54,723 nucleotides of DNA from a virus. Its lineage: Duplodnaviria > Caudoviricetes. The stretch spans positions 1-54,723 of the IMG/VR virus record IMGVR_UViG_3300047288_000037; one strand, 5' to 3'. The notes below the pieces were generated by a model, which saw nothing but the letters and a program-made list of their open reading frames with translations, was not told the origin of the DNA and ran no database searches. The position numbers and the translations under genes are program-made. Positions 43,739 to 53,727 of the stretch are shown piece by piece (the first letter of the stretch is position 1; every line of letters begins with the position of its first letter).

Positions 43739-46700
43739 AAATTTCGAACCCGTACAAGGCGGCTAGTTCTTCGGCCTCTTGTCTACCTGCTCTGGCAGAT
43801 GACTTGAGTGCCCTAGCTGCCAGTGGTTTTGATGCTTCTCTATACGCTCTGTTTACACCACCAGTAAAGTTTCTAATCTCAAGGCGTGTACCTTTAACAT
43901 CGGCATTCCACTCACGAACATATTCTTTTACGTTTGCTAAACGCTCAGAGTCACCATTTAGTCTGGCTGCAACAGCCTCACGGATAGCCTCACTTCTAAT
44001 CATTTGACCATAGCGTTGCTCTTGGCCATCAGCCATCATCCAATCCATCTGTACCTGAGCACGACTTGGGTAGAAGCCTACTGCCTTTCCGATAATTTCC
44101 CACGCAGTTACATCCTGAGAAACTACATAGCCTTTGCTGTCTAAGATTGCACCTGTGTTTGCGTACTTCCATGACTCGGTAGCGTTCTTCAATGCACGAA
44201 CAGGTGCGTCTGTAAGTATCTTGCTGATTGGCTGTCTGCCTGTAATCACAGCAGGGATAGTACCAGTTGCCCACTCAAATGCACCGAGCATGAATGAGGT
44301 TGGAGCACCAGCCAAGTTCTCTACCTCACGCAGTTTTTCCTGAGCAGATGCCGATGGTTTAAACAGGGCAGTACCCGGAACTATATCGCCAAGACCTAAA
44401 CGGTTAGAGAATGACCATCCTGTGGTAGCATCGAGCAAGCCGCGCATCATTACTGGGGTTAGTGCAGCACCCAGTTCATCACCAAATGCACCACGAGTCA
44501 GACGAGCAAATTCTTTCTCTACTGAGCCGGACTGTAATCCTAGACGCTGCATCAAGCCATCAATAATATCCAGCAAGTCGTCAGCACCGGGCAGACCGCG
44601 TAAGCCTGACAAAAGAATCAATGAACCTAGCATGATAATCTGGCCGTTACGGTCCATGTTCTTGAGCAGTTGCAGCATGATGATTGGATACTGCTTGTAC
44701 ATATACACGAAAGACATTAGACCACCACGGAAGAACGCAGGGCGGTTGTACTGTGAGTAGTCACCTTGAGTAGCATCGAGGGCTTTGTCAGCGGCGTTAC
44801 GTGCAGCATCATCGGCTTTCATTGGGCTTACACCAGCAGCAATCTGGCGTTCATATTCACCACGATAGGCAGCAAGTACAGTTACACGGCGGTTAAACTG
44901 CTCTGAGTAACTGAACGGGAACATCCATGTCTGAACAAATTTCTGGAAGGTTGGGTTACCCATGAAGCCTTTGCGCCCACGCACTGTACCAGTCAGTGCA
45001 TTGAACTGAGCAGCATCCAAGCGTTGTTCTTCGGTTAAGTCTTTCAGGAATCGTAACTCACCAGCAGTTAATCCATCTTTGCTCTCAGTTGCACCAGTGC
45101 GTTCAAGTTCATCTAGCTGTGCCTGTAAGAAGTCTACATTGATGTACTTAGGATTGGCGGCAGATATAGCGAACTTGGATAGCAGTGCACCAGCACGACC
45201 AGCACCGAGGCCCAGACCGAAGTTGTTCTCTGGGTTGTATGATGACAGGTATGCCCATGAGTTGGTAGGCAGTGACAGCATCTGCGTAATACCGGTAGCG
45301 ATAGAACCACCAAGTTGTGCTACCGCAGCCCAAGTACGTGCGCTCAGTGAGAACTGGTTGTTGTTCCAGAAGTCATCGGCAAACACAATGTCACCAGTAG
45401 AATCTTGCCAGTCAAGTTGTGACTTAGCGCGTTCTTTGTACCAGTTACCACGTAATACGTTAGTGTCACCAACTTTCTCATTGGCTTTTTCAAAGTAAAA
45501 TTTTTCTTGGAAGTACTCACGCGCTGCCAGTTCTTTAGCTGGGCCAGTAGCGGCTTCCCACTTGGCTTTAAGTTCTGCCAGCTTATCACGGTCACCGAAC
45601 CAGTTGCGGTTATCTTCCAGCACACCATCGAACTGGTGACGGAATGTTTTGTTCGCTGCGACATATGCCTGCTGCTCTAGGAATGCAGATGAACTACGGA
45701 CAACATCTTTATCCCAGCCCGGCACACCTGCACGTTGCAAGTTAGCACGAGCCCTAGAGTTCTGGGCAGTAACTTTCTTAATCAAAATCTCACGGTCAGC
45801 CACTGGCATCTGAACACCCAAGCGGCTCAAAGCGTACATAACATCATCGTAGTGCATGATGTCTACCAGTGCTGGTGTAGTTTCTACGTCACTGACGATG
45901 GCTTTCAAGTACACTGGAACCACGCGGTTGTTAGCATCTCGCATGGTGTACTCACCAGTCAGCAGGCCGTTTAACTCCTCAGCATATCCAATGGATTCAT
46001 CTTTCTTCTCAGTCATGAACAGCGGTAAGGAATCCTGCTGCCCTTGATGCAGCTTAACTGGCTCCTCATTACCATCAGCGTCAATAGTGTATGCCTGCAC
46101 ACGAACTTGGAATTTGCCTCGGCGAGATAGGGGGGCATAGCCACCGGCAATACTGCGCTTGGCGTATAGTGAGTCATCATTCAATGAGATGGTGAACGTA
46201 CTGCGTTCTTCCATGGCGTAAGCCACAGGCCAGATTGATGAGTCGGTGATGGCATCTGTATCAGGGTCAATCTTCACGCGCAGTTTATCACGCAGACCAG
46301 TAACCAAAGTCTTAACTTCGTCAGGAGTGTAGTTAGGTAGCTTGGTTGCGAAGTCATTAAGCGCGTTGTCATTGTAGAATGAACGGGCAAAGCGCATCTC
46401 AACATAATCCACAGCGTCAGCCTGAGATACCTCATTCATCTTGAATCGGTTGTTCTCGTAGGATGCACCCTCCATAGCGATACGGTCATACTCATCGGAT
46501 ACGGCTGTGATGAAGCGGCGTTCAGCTTCGGTCAGGGTTTTCTTAAATGCCCGGTCAATACCACGGTTGAGTACACGTTCTTGCTCATACATAGCACCAG
46601 CATACTTGGCATTCAGAACATCCATCTGGCTCTCATTGATAGCTTCACGGAACTGCAAGTACATTTTGTACTGGATACTATCTTCGGTCAGGTCTTTAGC

Positions 46701-49700
46701 CCATGCGAAGTCAGCCATGTCTTTGGTGTTCACATAGTTCGGTGCGCTGTATGTATTGCTATCAAGTTGTTTCTTGTAGTTCAGCTTAGTGCTGCGAAGC
46801 ATAGAGTCGAACTTATCTTCGGTCTTATCGTATGTAGCCTGTAATGAAGTCTTGACCTTGGCATCCTTAGCACCATCAATCTTACGTTTAATACGGTCAA
46901 GGTCACGTTTCTTACGGGCTTCAATCGTTGCAACTTCTTGGTCGCGCTCAGCTTCCAGTTGCTTTCTATACTCGTCAGTCATTGGCTTCTCAGTGAAGCC
47001 CATCTGAACATCAAAGCCTTTCTTGAAATCTTCCACTGACAATGTACCAGCTTTAGCAAGGGACTCGAACGCATCAGGGTTTACAATGATTTGGCCCAAC
47101 TCAGTGGAGTATGCGATAGGGGCTTCAAACTTAGATTGCAGCTGTGTATCCGTGAACTGGTTACCTTTAAGCAATGAACCTAAGGCCAGTAACTGTCCAG
47201 CCTGTTGTGATTCCATTGGCTCAGGACCATCACCGAACATCAAGAACTTAGCTTCATGTGCAAGCTGTGTCAGCTTAGAATACTTTGTCTTAAGTTTCTG
47301 CTGCATCTCACCTTTACGTTGGGTAAGACTGAAAACCAATGACGCACCCTTACTATCACGAGCCATGTCATCCTGAGTACGCAGGAGCCCAAAGAAGTTC
47401 TTCATTGTATCCTTGGCGTTTACTTTCGACCCGTCATACTTGCGGCGCAAGTCTGCAACTTTGGTGTCGTTGTTGTTCAACCAGTTCATAATGCCTTCTA
47501 AACCACCAGTTGTAGTCACGTTTTGGTTCATGGCGTTCATGGCAGCGGTTTGCTGGCCCTGTGGCGCGAGTTGGGCAAATCTTAATACCTCGACATCAGA
47601 CTGTTCGAGTTCTCGCATTGTAGCCGCTTCCTGCAAGAGAGTTTTTAGGTTGACTTCTGAACGACCCACACCTTGACGTACGTACTTGCGTGATAGGCTG
47701 ACTAAGTAGCGAGCAGCGTCATCGTTGAACTTAAAGCCGAGTTTGTTCAACTGGTTTTTCATCCAAGTCCAGAATCTCATCATGGTTGATGAGTCGATTG
47801 CAGCTGCGCGGTCAGACAGAACTTCTTCCACAGCTTCCAAGAACGGAATGTTCTGTGCTTCTGACAGAACTACTGCTGCGTTGTTAACCTGCACATCTGA
47901 GTCGGCGATTGACTGCAAGATTTTATTTAGCTGAGCATCACTGAACAACCCACGGAAACCTACGTGACCCAGAATCTCATGAGCCATGATGAAGTTAGCG
48001 TGTTTCTCACCGTTGATATTGTCAGCGAACAGAACGACTGTGTTGCCCCATGCCATACCAGCAGCATTGACAGCTTCAAAGTCACCAGCCTTACGAGCAG
48101 CGGCAGCTTCTCTAAACAACTTGGGGTTTGCTTTACGCATGTCATCCAGATTCTGGAATACATGCAGCTTAGGTTTACGTGCCAGCTTAGATACGAACTT
48201 GTTAGCCATCAGACGGAGCGCACCAGCCTTCATTGGCTGACTTGCCTTCTCATCGACACGGTAATAGTTAGCCAGACCACCTAGAATATTATCGTCTTCT
48301 TGGACACCAGACTCCTGCTGGAATTTAAGTTCCAGTGCGGTACGTTGTTCTTCCTCAGCGGCTTCCAGTTCAATGTCACGCAGCTCTTTACGGGCTGCGG
48401 CATGGGCCTTGGCAAATTCTTCACGTGATACTTTGGCTTCTTCTACGCTAGACAAAACGTACTTGTTAGTACCCGGCTTCTGAACTACGATTGGTTTACC
48501 ATCTTTGAAGAAGTCCTCAATGGAACCACGCTCGCCAACTACAAAGGCAGCATCTTCCACTTGCTTGAATAAAGCTTCGGCCTTAGCAGTCAGTTGCTTC
48601 TTGTTAATCCAGCCTTCACGGTTGTTGATGAGGTCTGCCAGCTGAATAGCTGCGCGGTCAATTTCTTCAGGTGCTTGTTCAGCTTCCGTAACTGCGGCTG
48701 TAATATCCTCATCCTTCTTAGTGGATACACGAACACCAATCTTAGGGTCTGTCAGCAAGTTGTAGTCGTTCAGCAGTTTATACAGGCGTGACCGTGGGTT
48801 GATGCTAGGCATAGTGATAGCGAATGCACGTAGTGCCTTAGTGAACTCAGCCACAGGGATAGGCTCTGCGCCAAACAGGAACTCATTGGCTGTTTTAAAT
48901 AGCTTGGTCGCCTGATTTGTTTCAGTCACATAGACATCAACAATCTCATTCATAGCGATTGCATAGTCTTTAGGTGAACTGGTAGTTTCGACAGTATCAA
49001 TGGCTGCTTCAAGTGCCTGCTGTGCGTCTAGTGTTTCCTGTGACGCTTCGCCTGACTTTTTTTCCTTCTCCTGCGCTGGAGCTGTGACCTGAGCGACTAA
49101 CGATGCTAAAGATGTTTGTGGTACTTGAGCCGGTGTAGCCTGAGCTTTAGGTGCTTTAAGACGCTGCTCACCTACCGGTGCGGCAGGTGTAGCTTTAGTC
49201 GTTTCAACTTTAGGTTCTTTTTTCAGCGTGGCTTTACCAGTTGGTTTAGGCGGTGTTGGCTCTGGTGGTTTAATACCACCGATACGGTCAGCCTCAGCCA
49301 TAGAAGCTTTCTTGTCTTCTACTAAATCAGTCCACTCTTTACGCTGGGCATCAGTCAGCTTCTCCCATGTTGGTGCTTTAGGGTCACGCTTTTCACGCCA
49401 CTGGGTACGCGCATCGCGCTCTACTGCTAGACGCGCAGCCTTAGCTTCCTGTACTGCAATTACATCTTGTAGACTTTTTCCTTGCTTTTCTTGCGTGGCT
49501 TTTGCACCTTCTCTGGTAGCTTGGCGGAGCTTGGCGTCTTGTCCTCGTACTCCTTCGCCAGTTCCGGTTTGTTTGCGTACATCCACTTGCGCTGTGCTTG
49601 GCTCTTGAACGGCATTTGGTTTCTCCTTCGCTTTGAGTTTAGCAGTAGTGGTTTTCTTAGCCAGTGCTTTAGCCACCGTAGCAGGTGTGACAACACGACC

Positions 49701-51881
49701 TGTCGGAGGTATCTGACTACCACCTACTTCTGGGATAGAACGGTATGGCTGTTTAGTTCCGGCAGAACGCAGGGCAGCCATTGTCGGTTCACCTTCTTGG
49801 GTGAACAATGACAGCTGTCTACCACGGCGTAAGTCAACCTTAGGCGCAGCCACAACAACAGGGGCTTTCTGCTGCGGTGCAGGAATGCCACGGCGTACGC
49901 GCTCACGCATTGATGGTTTAGGTGCTTGCCCACGACCAAACAGTTGTAATTGCTGTGGGTTTGGCGCACGAGTTTCGCGCATAGGCAGCGGAGCTACGGG
50001 TTCAGGTGCAGGCTGTGCCAAGTCTAACTGACGTTGGTTCTGCGCCACGATTGCAAGGCGGTTAAGCTCTGCCTGACGTTGTTGTTCCTGTGCAATTTGT
50101 TGCTGCTCAATAGCTTTAGCCACTTCAGCCTGCTGCATAGCCAGTTCCATCTGGGTAACTGGTGCATTGACCGGTGTTGGTGCAGGCGGTGGAGGTGCGA
50201 ACTGTAGTTGACCTTGGCCCGGAATCTCAGCTGGCTGTTCACCAAGGTATGGAATACCAATCGGGTTAACCAATGTACTACGTTGCTGCAACTCTGCAAT
50301 GGTTGCACCTTCAGGACCAAAGATGTCGAGTACGCCTTGTTGTCCAAACTGACCGGGTGCTACTTCACCTGCAAAAATCGTATCGCTAGGGCGTGATGGT
50401 CGAGTTGTACCGTCAGGTGCGGTAATCATATCAGGGCGACCCATCATGCCACCGGTAGTGACAGGACCTTGAGGTACACCTGCTGGAGGTTCAGTAATTG
50501 TGAGTGCTGTGCTAGGTTCTGGTGATTGCTCTGGGTTCAGCAAGTTAGTAGGCTGGTCACCTACTGGAGTCTTACCCTTACGCAGATTGGCAATACCACC
50601 CAAAGGGCTGCCTACACCGAAGCCTGCGGCAAATGATTCAAGTAATCGCTTCTGAGCTTCTGGGCTAGACAAATCCTGACCAGATAAACCGAGAACCAAG
50701 GCTTCTTGGCCTGCTTCAGTAGCACCCTCAAGTGGACCACCAACAATAGCACCAGTAGCACCACGTTTAAGTAACTCGCCTGCGCGTTTAGCACCAGTAC
50801 CTAATGCTGTCTTACCTTGGATGGATGCTAAGTCTGTACCTGTACCTTTAATGCCGCCAAAGATACGTGAAGCTAAAACAAATTCAGGTAAGGTTTCCAG
50901 TGCAGCGTACGGTAAAGACCCGGCAAGTGCAGCTAGTCTGGCACTTGCATCGTCAGCAGGTACACCCTGCTCGCGCATCTCACCATAAATATCAGCAGCA
51001 CCAGTGGCAATATTACTACCATAAGACGCAGCCAACGCCCCGGCGGTACCGGCAGCAGTACGCAACAACTTGCTTTCCGCAGCGTCAAGAGCTTCACCCG
51101 CAGCTTTTTTCTTGGCAGCAGCTAAGATAGCCTGCTTGGTTGCAGACTTACCCAAGATACCGGCGACACCAGCATACAACCCTGCCGCTGGACCACCTAC
51201 CGCAGTACCGGCACCAAAGCCAGCAACACCGACAGCTAATGATTCAAGCAGGTTAGGACCTTGTTGCGCCAAGTTAGCCACGAACCAATCGACAGCGTCA
51301 CCGCCTGACTGAATGTTTGAGAACTCACGTACAAACGGTGCAGACTTCTGAATGTCACGAACTTGCTGGTCAACGATTGCCTGCCCAGTTTGCTCAGCAC
51401 CTAGAAGTTGCAAGCCTCTGCCTGCAAGCAGCTGCATATTGTCGACACCGATGCCGAAGTTCTTCCTAGCCAGACGCCCAAGACTTGGATTGCGGATGGA
51501 ATTTATATACTGACTGTATGCGTTCTGGTCTATCGGAGTCCAGTTACCAGTGGTAGGTAAACCAACAGACGGATAGGACAGGTACTGCTCAGATTGTAGA
51601 GCAGTAGTAGCATCGTCAGCGTCAAAAGTAATGCCGTTAACATAGAGCTTGTTCTCCGTTGCATTAAAGGCAATAGCCGGAGCCTGCTTTAACTCCGGCA
51701 TTGTGAACTGACTTTGCTTGACGATTTGCTGCCCAACGGCAGCCATGTCTGCTAAAGATGGGGCTAACCCATTCAACCCTATATCTGACGTAGGGCTGTT
51801 AATCGCATATGGATTAGCCTCAGGCCCTAGGTTAGATTTCGCCAGAAACGGGTCAGCAAACGAAAGACCTTCTTTAGCCAT
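43731..51881 (-). CDS. Giant ejection / polyvalent protein (2716 aa)
   Basis: Gly/Ala membrane-type helices near the N-terminus, disordered P/Q/K linker, zincin HEILGH, PLxRFG-like YAPLSRRG, C-terminal helical region (EQFNR, TQGDYS, F..MYKQYP). Confidence 0.85.
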   Translation of the reverse strand: MAKEGLSFADPFLAKSNLGPEANPYAINSPTSDIGLNGLAPSLADMAAVGQQIVKQSQFTMPELKQAPAIAFNATENKLYVNGITFDADDATTALQSEQYLSYPSVGLPTTGNWTPIDQNAYSQYINSIRNPSLGRLARKNFGIGVDNMQLLAGRGLQLLGAEQTGQAIVDQQVRDIQKSAPFVREFSNIQSGGDAVDWFVANLAQQGPNLLESLAVGVAGFGAGTAVGGPAAGLYAGVAGILGKSATKQAILAAAKKKAAGEALDAAESKLLRTAAGTAGALAASYGSNIATGAADIYGEMREQGVPADDASARLAALAGSLPYAALETLPEFVLASRIFGGIKGTGTDLASIQGKTALGTGAKRAGELLKRGATGAIVGGPLEGATEAGQEALVLGLSGQDLSSPEAQKRLLESFAAGFGVGSPLGGIANLRKGKTPVGDQPTNLLNPEQSPEPSTALTITEPPAGVPQGPVTTGGMMGRPDMITAPDGTTRPSRPSDTIFAGEVAPGQFGQQGVLDIFGPEGATIAELQQRSTLVNPIGIPYLGEQPAEIPGQGQLQFAPPPPAPTPVNAPVTQMELAMQQAEVAKAIEQQQIAQEQQRQAELNRLAIVAQNQRQLDLAQPAPEPVAPLPMRETRAPNPQQLQLFGRGQAPKPSMRERVRRGIPAPQQKAPVVVAAPKVDLRRGRQLSLFTQEGEPTMAALRSAGTKQPYRSIPEVGGSQIPPTGRVVTPATVAKALAKKTTTAKLKAKEKPNAVQEPSTAQVDVRKQTGTGEGVRGQDAKLRQATREGAKATQEKQGKSLQDVIAVQEAKAARLAVERDARTQWREKRDPKAPTWEKLTDAQRKEWTDLVEDKKASMAEADRIGGIKPPEPTPPKPTGKATLKKEPKVETTKATPAAPVGEQRLKAPKAQATPAQVPQTSLASLVAQVTAPAQEKEKKSGEASQETLDAQQALEAAIDTVETTSSPKDYAIAMNEIVDVYVTETNQATKLFKTANEFLFGAEPIPVAEFTKALRAFAITMPSINPRSRLYKLLNDYNLLTDPKIGVRVSTKKDEDITAAVTEAEQAPEEIDRAAIQLADLINNREGWINKKQLTAKAEALFKQVEDAAFVVGERGSIEDFFKDGKPIVVQKPGTNKYVLSSVEEAKVSREEFAKAHAAARKELRDIELEAAEEEQRTALELKFQQESGVQEDDNILGGLANYYRVDEKASQPMKAGALRLMANKFVSKLARKPKLHVFQNLDDMRKANPKLFREAAAARKAGDFEAVNAAGMAWGNTVVLFADNINGEKHANFIMAHEILGHVGFRGLFSDAQLNKILQSIADSDVQVNNAAVVLSEAQNIPFLEAVEEVLSDRAAAIDSSTMMRFWTWMKNQLNKLGFKFNDDAARYLVSLSRKYVRQGVGRSEVNLKTLLQEAATMRELEQSDVEVLRFAQLAPQGQQTAAMNAMNQNVTTTGGLEGIMNWLNNNDTKVADLRRKYDGSKVNAKDTMKNFFGLLRTQDDMARDSKGASLVFSLTQRKGEMQQKLKTKYSKLTQLAHEAKFLMFGDGPEPMESQQAGQLLALGSLLKGNQFTDTQLQSKFEAPIAYSTELGQIIVNPDAFESLAKAGTLSVEDFKKGFDVQMGFTEKPMTDEYRKQLEAERDQEVATIEARKKRDLDRIKRKIDGAKDAKVKTSLQATYDKTEDKFDSMLRSTKLNYKKQLDSNTYSAPNYVNTKDMADFAWAKDLTEDSIQYKMYLQFREAINESQMDVLNAKYAGAMYEQERVLNRGIDRAFKKTLTEAERRFITAVSDEYDRIAMEGASYENNRFKMNEVSQADAVDYVEMRFARSFYNDNALNDFATKLPNYTPDEVKTLVTGLRDKLRVKIDPDTDAITDSSIWPVAYAMEERSTFTISLNDDSLYAKRSIAGGYAPLSRRGKFQVRVQAYTIDADGNEEPVKLHQGQQDSLPLFMTEKKDESIGYAEELNGLLTGEYTMRDANNRVVPVYLKAIVSDVETTPALVDIMHYDDVMYALSRLGVQMPVADREILIKKVTAQNSRARANLQRAGVPGWDKDVVRSSSAFLEQQAYVAANKTFRHQFDGVLEDNRNWFGDRDKLAELKAKWEAATGPAKELAAREYFQEKFYFEKANEKVGDTNVLRGNWYKERAKSQLDWQDSTGDIVFADDFWNNNQFSLSARTWAAVAQLGGSIATGITQMLSLPTNSWAYLSSYNPENNFGLGLGAGRAGALLSKFAISAANPKYINVDFLQAQLDELERTGATESKDGLTAGELRFLKDLTEEQRLDAAQFNALTGTVRGRKGFMGNPTFQKFVQTWMFPFSYSEQFNRRVTVLAAYRGEYERQIAAGVSPMKADDAARNAADKALDATQGDYSQYNRPAFFRGGLMSFVYMYKQYPIIMLQLLKNMDRNGQIIMLGSLILLSGLRGLPGADDLLDIIDGLMQRLGLQSGSVEKEFARLTRGAFGDELGAALTPVMMRGLLDATTGWSFSNRLGLGDIVPGTALFKPSASAQEKLREVENLAGAPTSFMLGAFEWATGTIPAVITGRQPISKILTDAPVRALKNATESWKYANTGAILDSKGYVVSQDVTAWEIIGKAVGFYPSRAQVQMDWMMADGQEQRYGQMIRSEAIREAVAARLNGDSERLANVKEYVREWNADVKGTRLEIRNFTGGVNRAYREASKPLAARALKSSARAGRQEAEELAALYGFEISN
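49460..49615 (-). CDS. Nested 51-aa basic protein in the +1 frame of the giant gene
   Basis: AAGGAG (49628-49623) 7 nt before ATG; MPFKSQAQRKWMYANKPELAKEYEDKTP... Confidence 0.65.
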   Translation of the reverse strand: MPFKSQAQRKWMYANKPELAKEYEDKTPSSAKLPEKVQKPRKKSKEKVYKM

Positions 51882-51893
51882 AACTACCTCACT

Positions 51894-53717
51894 TTATATT
51901 GTACCTTTTGCCCAACTCAAAGATGGAAGGTTTGCGATTGGATGAGCACCTCTTGATTCTATTTTAACACCATCAATCTCAATAGTGGTAGGCGTTGGGT
52001 TATAGTAGAATATATCGGTTGAACCAGCTGGTTTAATAAACACCCCACCATCGGCAGCACCAGAAGGTTTGACTTCCAATCCATACTTAGCTTTAGCCAT
52101 CTCTTGGTTAATTGTGTTTTGGCCTTTGATGCCTTCAACAGTAACATCAGCAATCATCTTAGCATAAGCCTTGGCATTTTCCTTCATGATGTCTAGGCTG
52201 GTATCCAGACGTTTCATTGAGGCTTCGCTAGATACTTGAGCCATAATCTGACGGTAACCACTATCGAACGAACGGCGTGATAAGTCTGAAACCTCATCAA
52301 CACCAATACCTTCCTTGGTCATAGTGCCATTCACAAACACGTTGTACGTACCATCAGTTCGTGGCTGGAATGCAATCGGTGTACCTGCATAGTGGCTTGC
52401 CACAGCAGACAAGCGGCGTGGGTCATTAGCCAAAGCCAAATCTTGTAGGCCCTGCATACCTTGTAGGTAGAACATACCCTCATCAAGTTCGATGATTTTG
52501 TTGCGTAATTCCATGTACTGCATACCCATACCAGAACGCTGATACATACCAGCTAGTCGGGTCAGTTCATCACGCTGACGTAAGGCACGTTGCATATCAC
52601 CACCGATTGCCTCAGGGTTTGCCAGATAGAAGTCAGATACCTTTTTCTGCACCGCTGGTGTTGGTGGTTTGGTATCGGCTACCTTAACAATCTGACCATC
52701 AGGCGTGATTGGCACGTTCTTGATTACAGATGGTTGTTCGCCACCAGCAAGTGACAATGTCTTAGTTACATAGTCACGTGTTTCTTTAGGCAGCTTGGTC
52801 ATGTCGCCACCAGCAGCCAGCCACTTATCAGTAGCTGTCGGGCCCATATTATAGGCAATCAGTTGTAGTGTCTGATTGTTACCATACTTCTGTGCCATAG
52901 CCAGTGAATACATATTGCCGTACTCGGCACCAACCTCAGGCATCTTCAGTAGCGCAGCCGCTGTATTAGCATCACGCTTACCTACTTGGATGCCCTTAGA
53001 TGCAGCAAAGTCAAACACGTTAGGTAATCCGAAGCCGGGGTCCATTGCAGTTTCAGGCATAACTTGCATCAAACCTGTTGCACCTTTAGGACTTACAGCC
53101 GTAGTCTTACCACCACTTTCAACTTGTTGCTGAGCAGCTAACAATTTTTGTTGGTCGACTGTACCAGCAGAAGGTTTACCCTTGAGTGCATCGAGTTTCT
53201 TCTGTTCAGCTGACATAATCGCTGATTGTTGCGTCATAATGTTTGACGGGGCTAGACCGCCACGCAGTGCATCTGGGGATACTTTGTCCACATAACTGCC
53301 TTTAGTCGTAGATATTGCGTACGGACTTTTTGGCACAGCCACAGGTGGGGTAGTTGGCATCTTCGCTGCATCTTGCTGACGCAAGTAGTTCAGTGCTGCT
53401 AAGTCTTGGTTAGTAACCGCAGGCTTTTGTGCTGCCGGTGCTGGTTGCACTGCTGGTTGAATTGGTGCAGTAATTTGCGGCGCAGCTACTGGAGCTACAG
53501 GCACTTGTTGTACATCAGGCCTAGCAAATTGACCCATCAGGTCAGGAGTCTGCGGCATTGGAGCCTGAGTCATTTCCTGACGTAATCGGTTAAGGCGATT
53601 CTGTTCTTCAATCTTTAGCTGGTTCTGCTGGGCTACGCGCTGCGCTTCTTCTTCCTGACGCCACCCTGCACCGACCCGCCCAGCACTGCTGAGAACTTGT
53701 CCTAGTGTTAGATTCAT
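51894..53717 (-). CDS. Ejection protein with a lytic transglycosylase (SLT) domain
   Basis: QVESGG, AVSPKGATGLMQVMP, AYNMGP and ETRDYV motifs. Confidence 0.88.
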   Translation of the reverse strand: MNLTLGQVLSSAGRVGAGWRQEEEAQRVAQQNQLKIEEQNRLNRLRQEMTQAPMPQTPDLMGQFARPDVQQVPVAPVAAPQITAPIQPAVQPAPAAQKPAVTNQDLAALNYLRQQDAAKMPTTPPVAVPKSPYAISTTKGSYVDKVSPDALRGGLAPSNIMTQQSAIMSAEQKKLDALKGKPSAGTVDQQKLLAAQQQVESGGKTTAVSPKGATGLMQVMPETAMDPGFGLPNVFDFAASKGIQVGKRDANTAAALLKMPEVGAEYGNMYSLAMAQKYGNNQTLQLIAYNMGPTATDKWLAAGGDMTKLPKETRDYVTKTLSLAGGEQPSVIKNVPITPDGQIVKVADTKPPTPAVQKKVSDFYLANPEAIGGDMQRALRQRDELTRLAGMYQRSGMGMQYMELRNKIIELDEGMFYLQGMQGLQDLALANDPRRLSAVASHYAGTPIAFQPRTDGTYNVFVNGTMTKEGIGVDEVSDLSRRSFDSGYRQIMAQVSSEASMKRLDTSLDIMKENAKAYAKMIADVTVEGIKGQNTINQEMAKAKYGLEVKPSGAADGGVFIKPAGSTDIFYYNPTPTTIEIDGVKIESRGAHPIANLPSLSWAKGTI

Positions 53718-53727
53718 GACTTACTCC

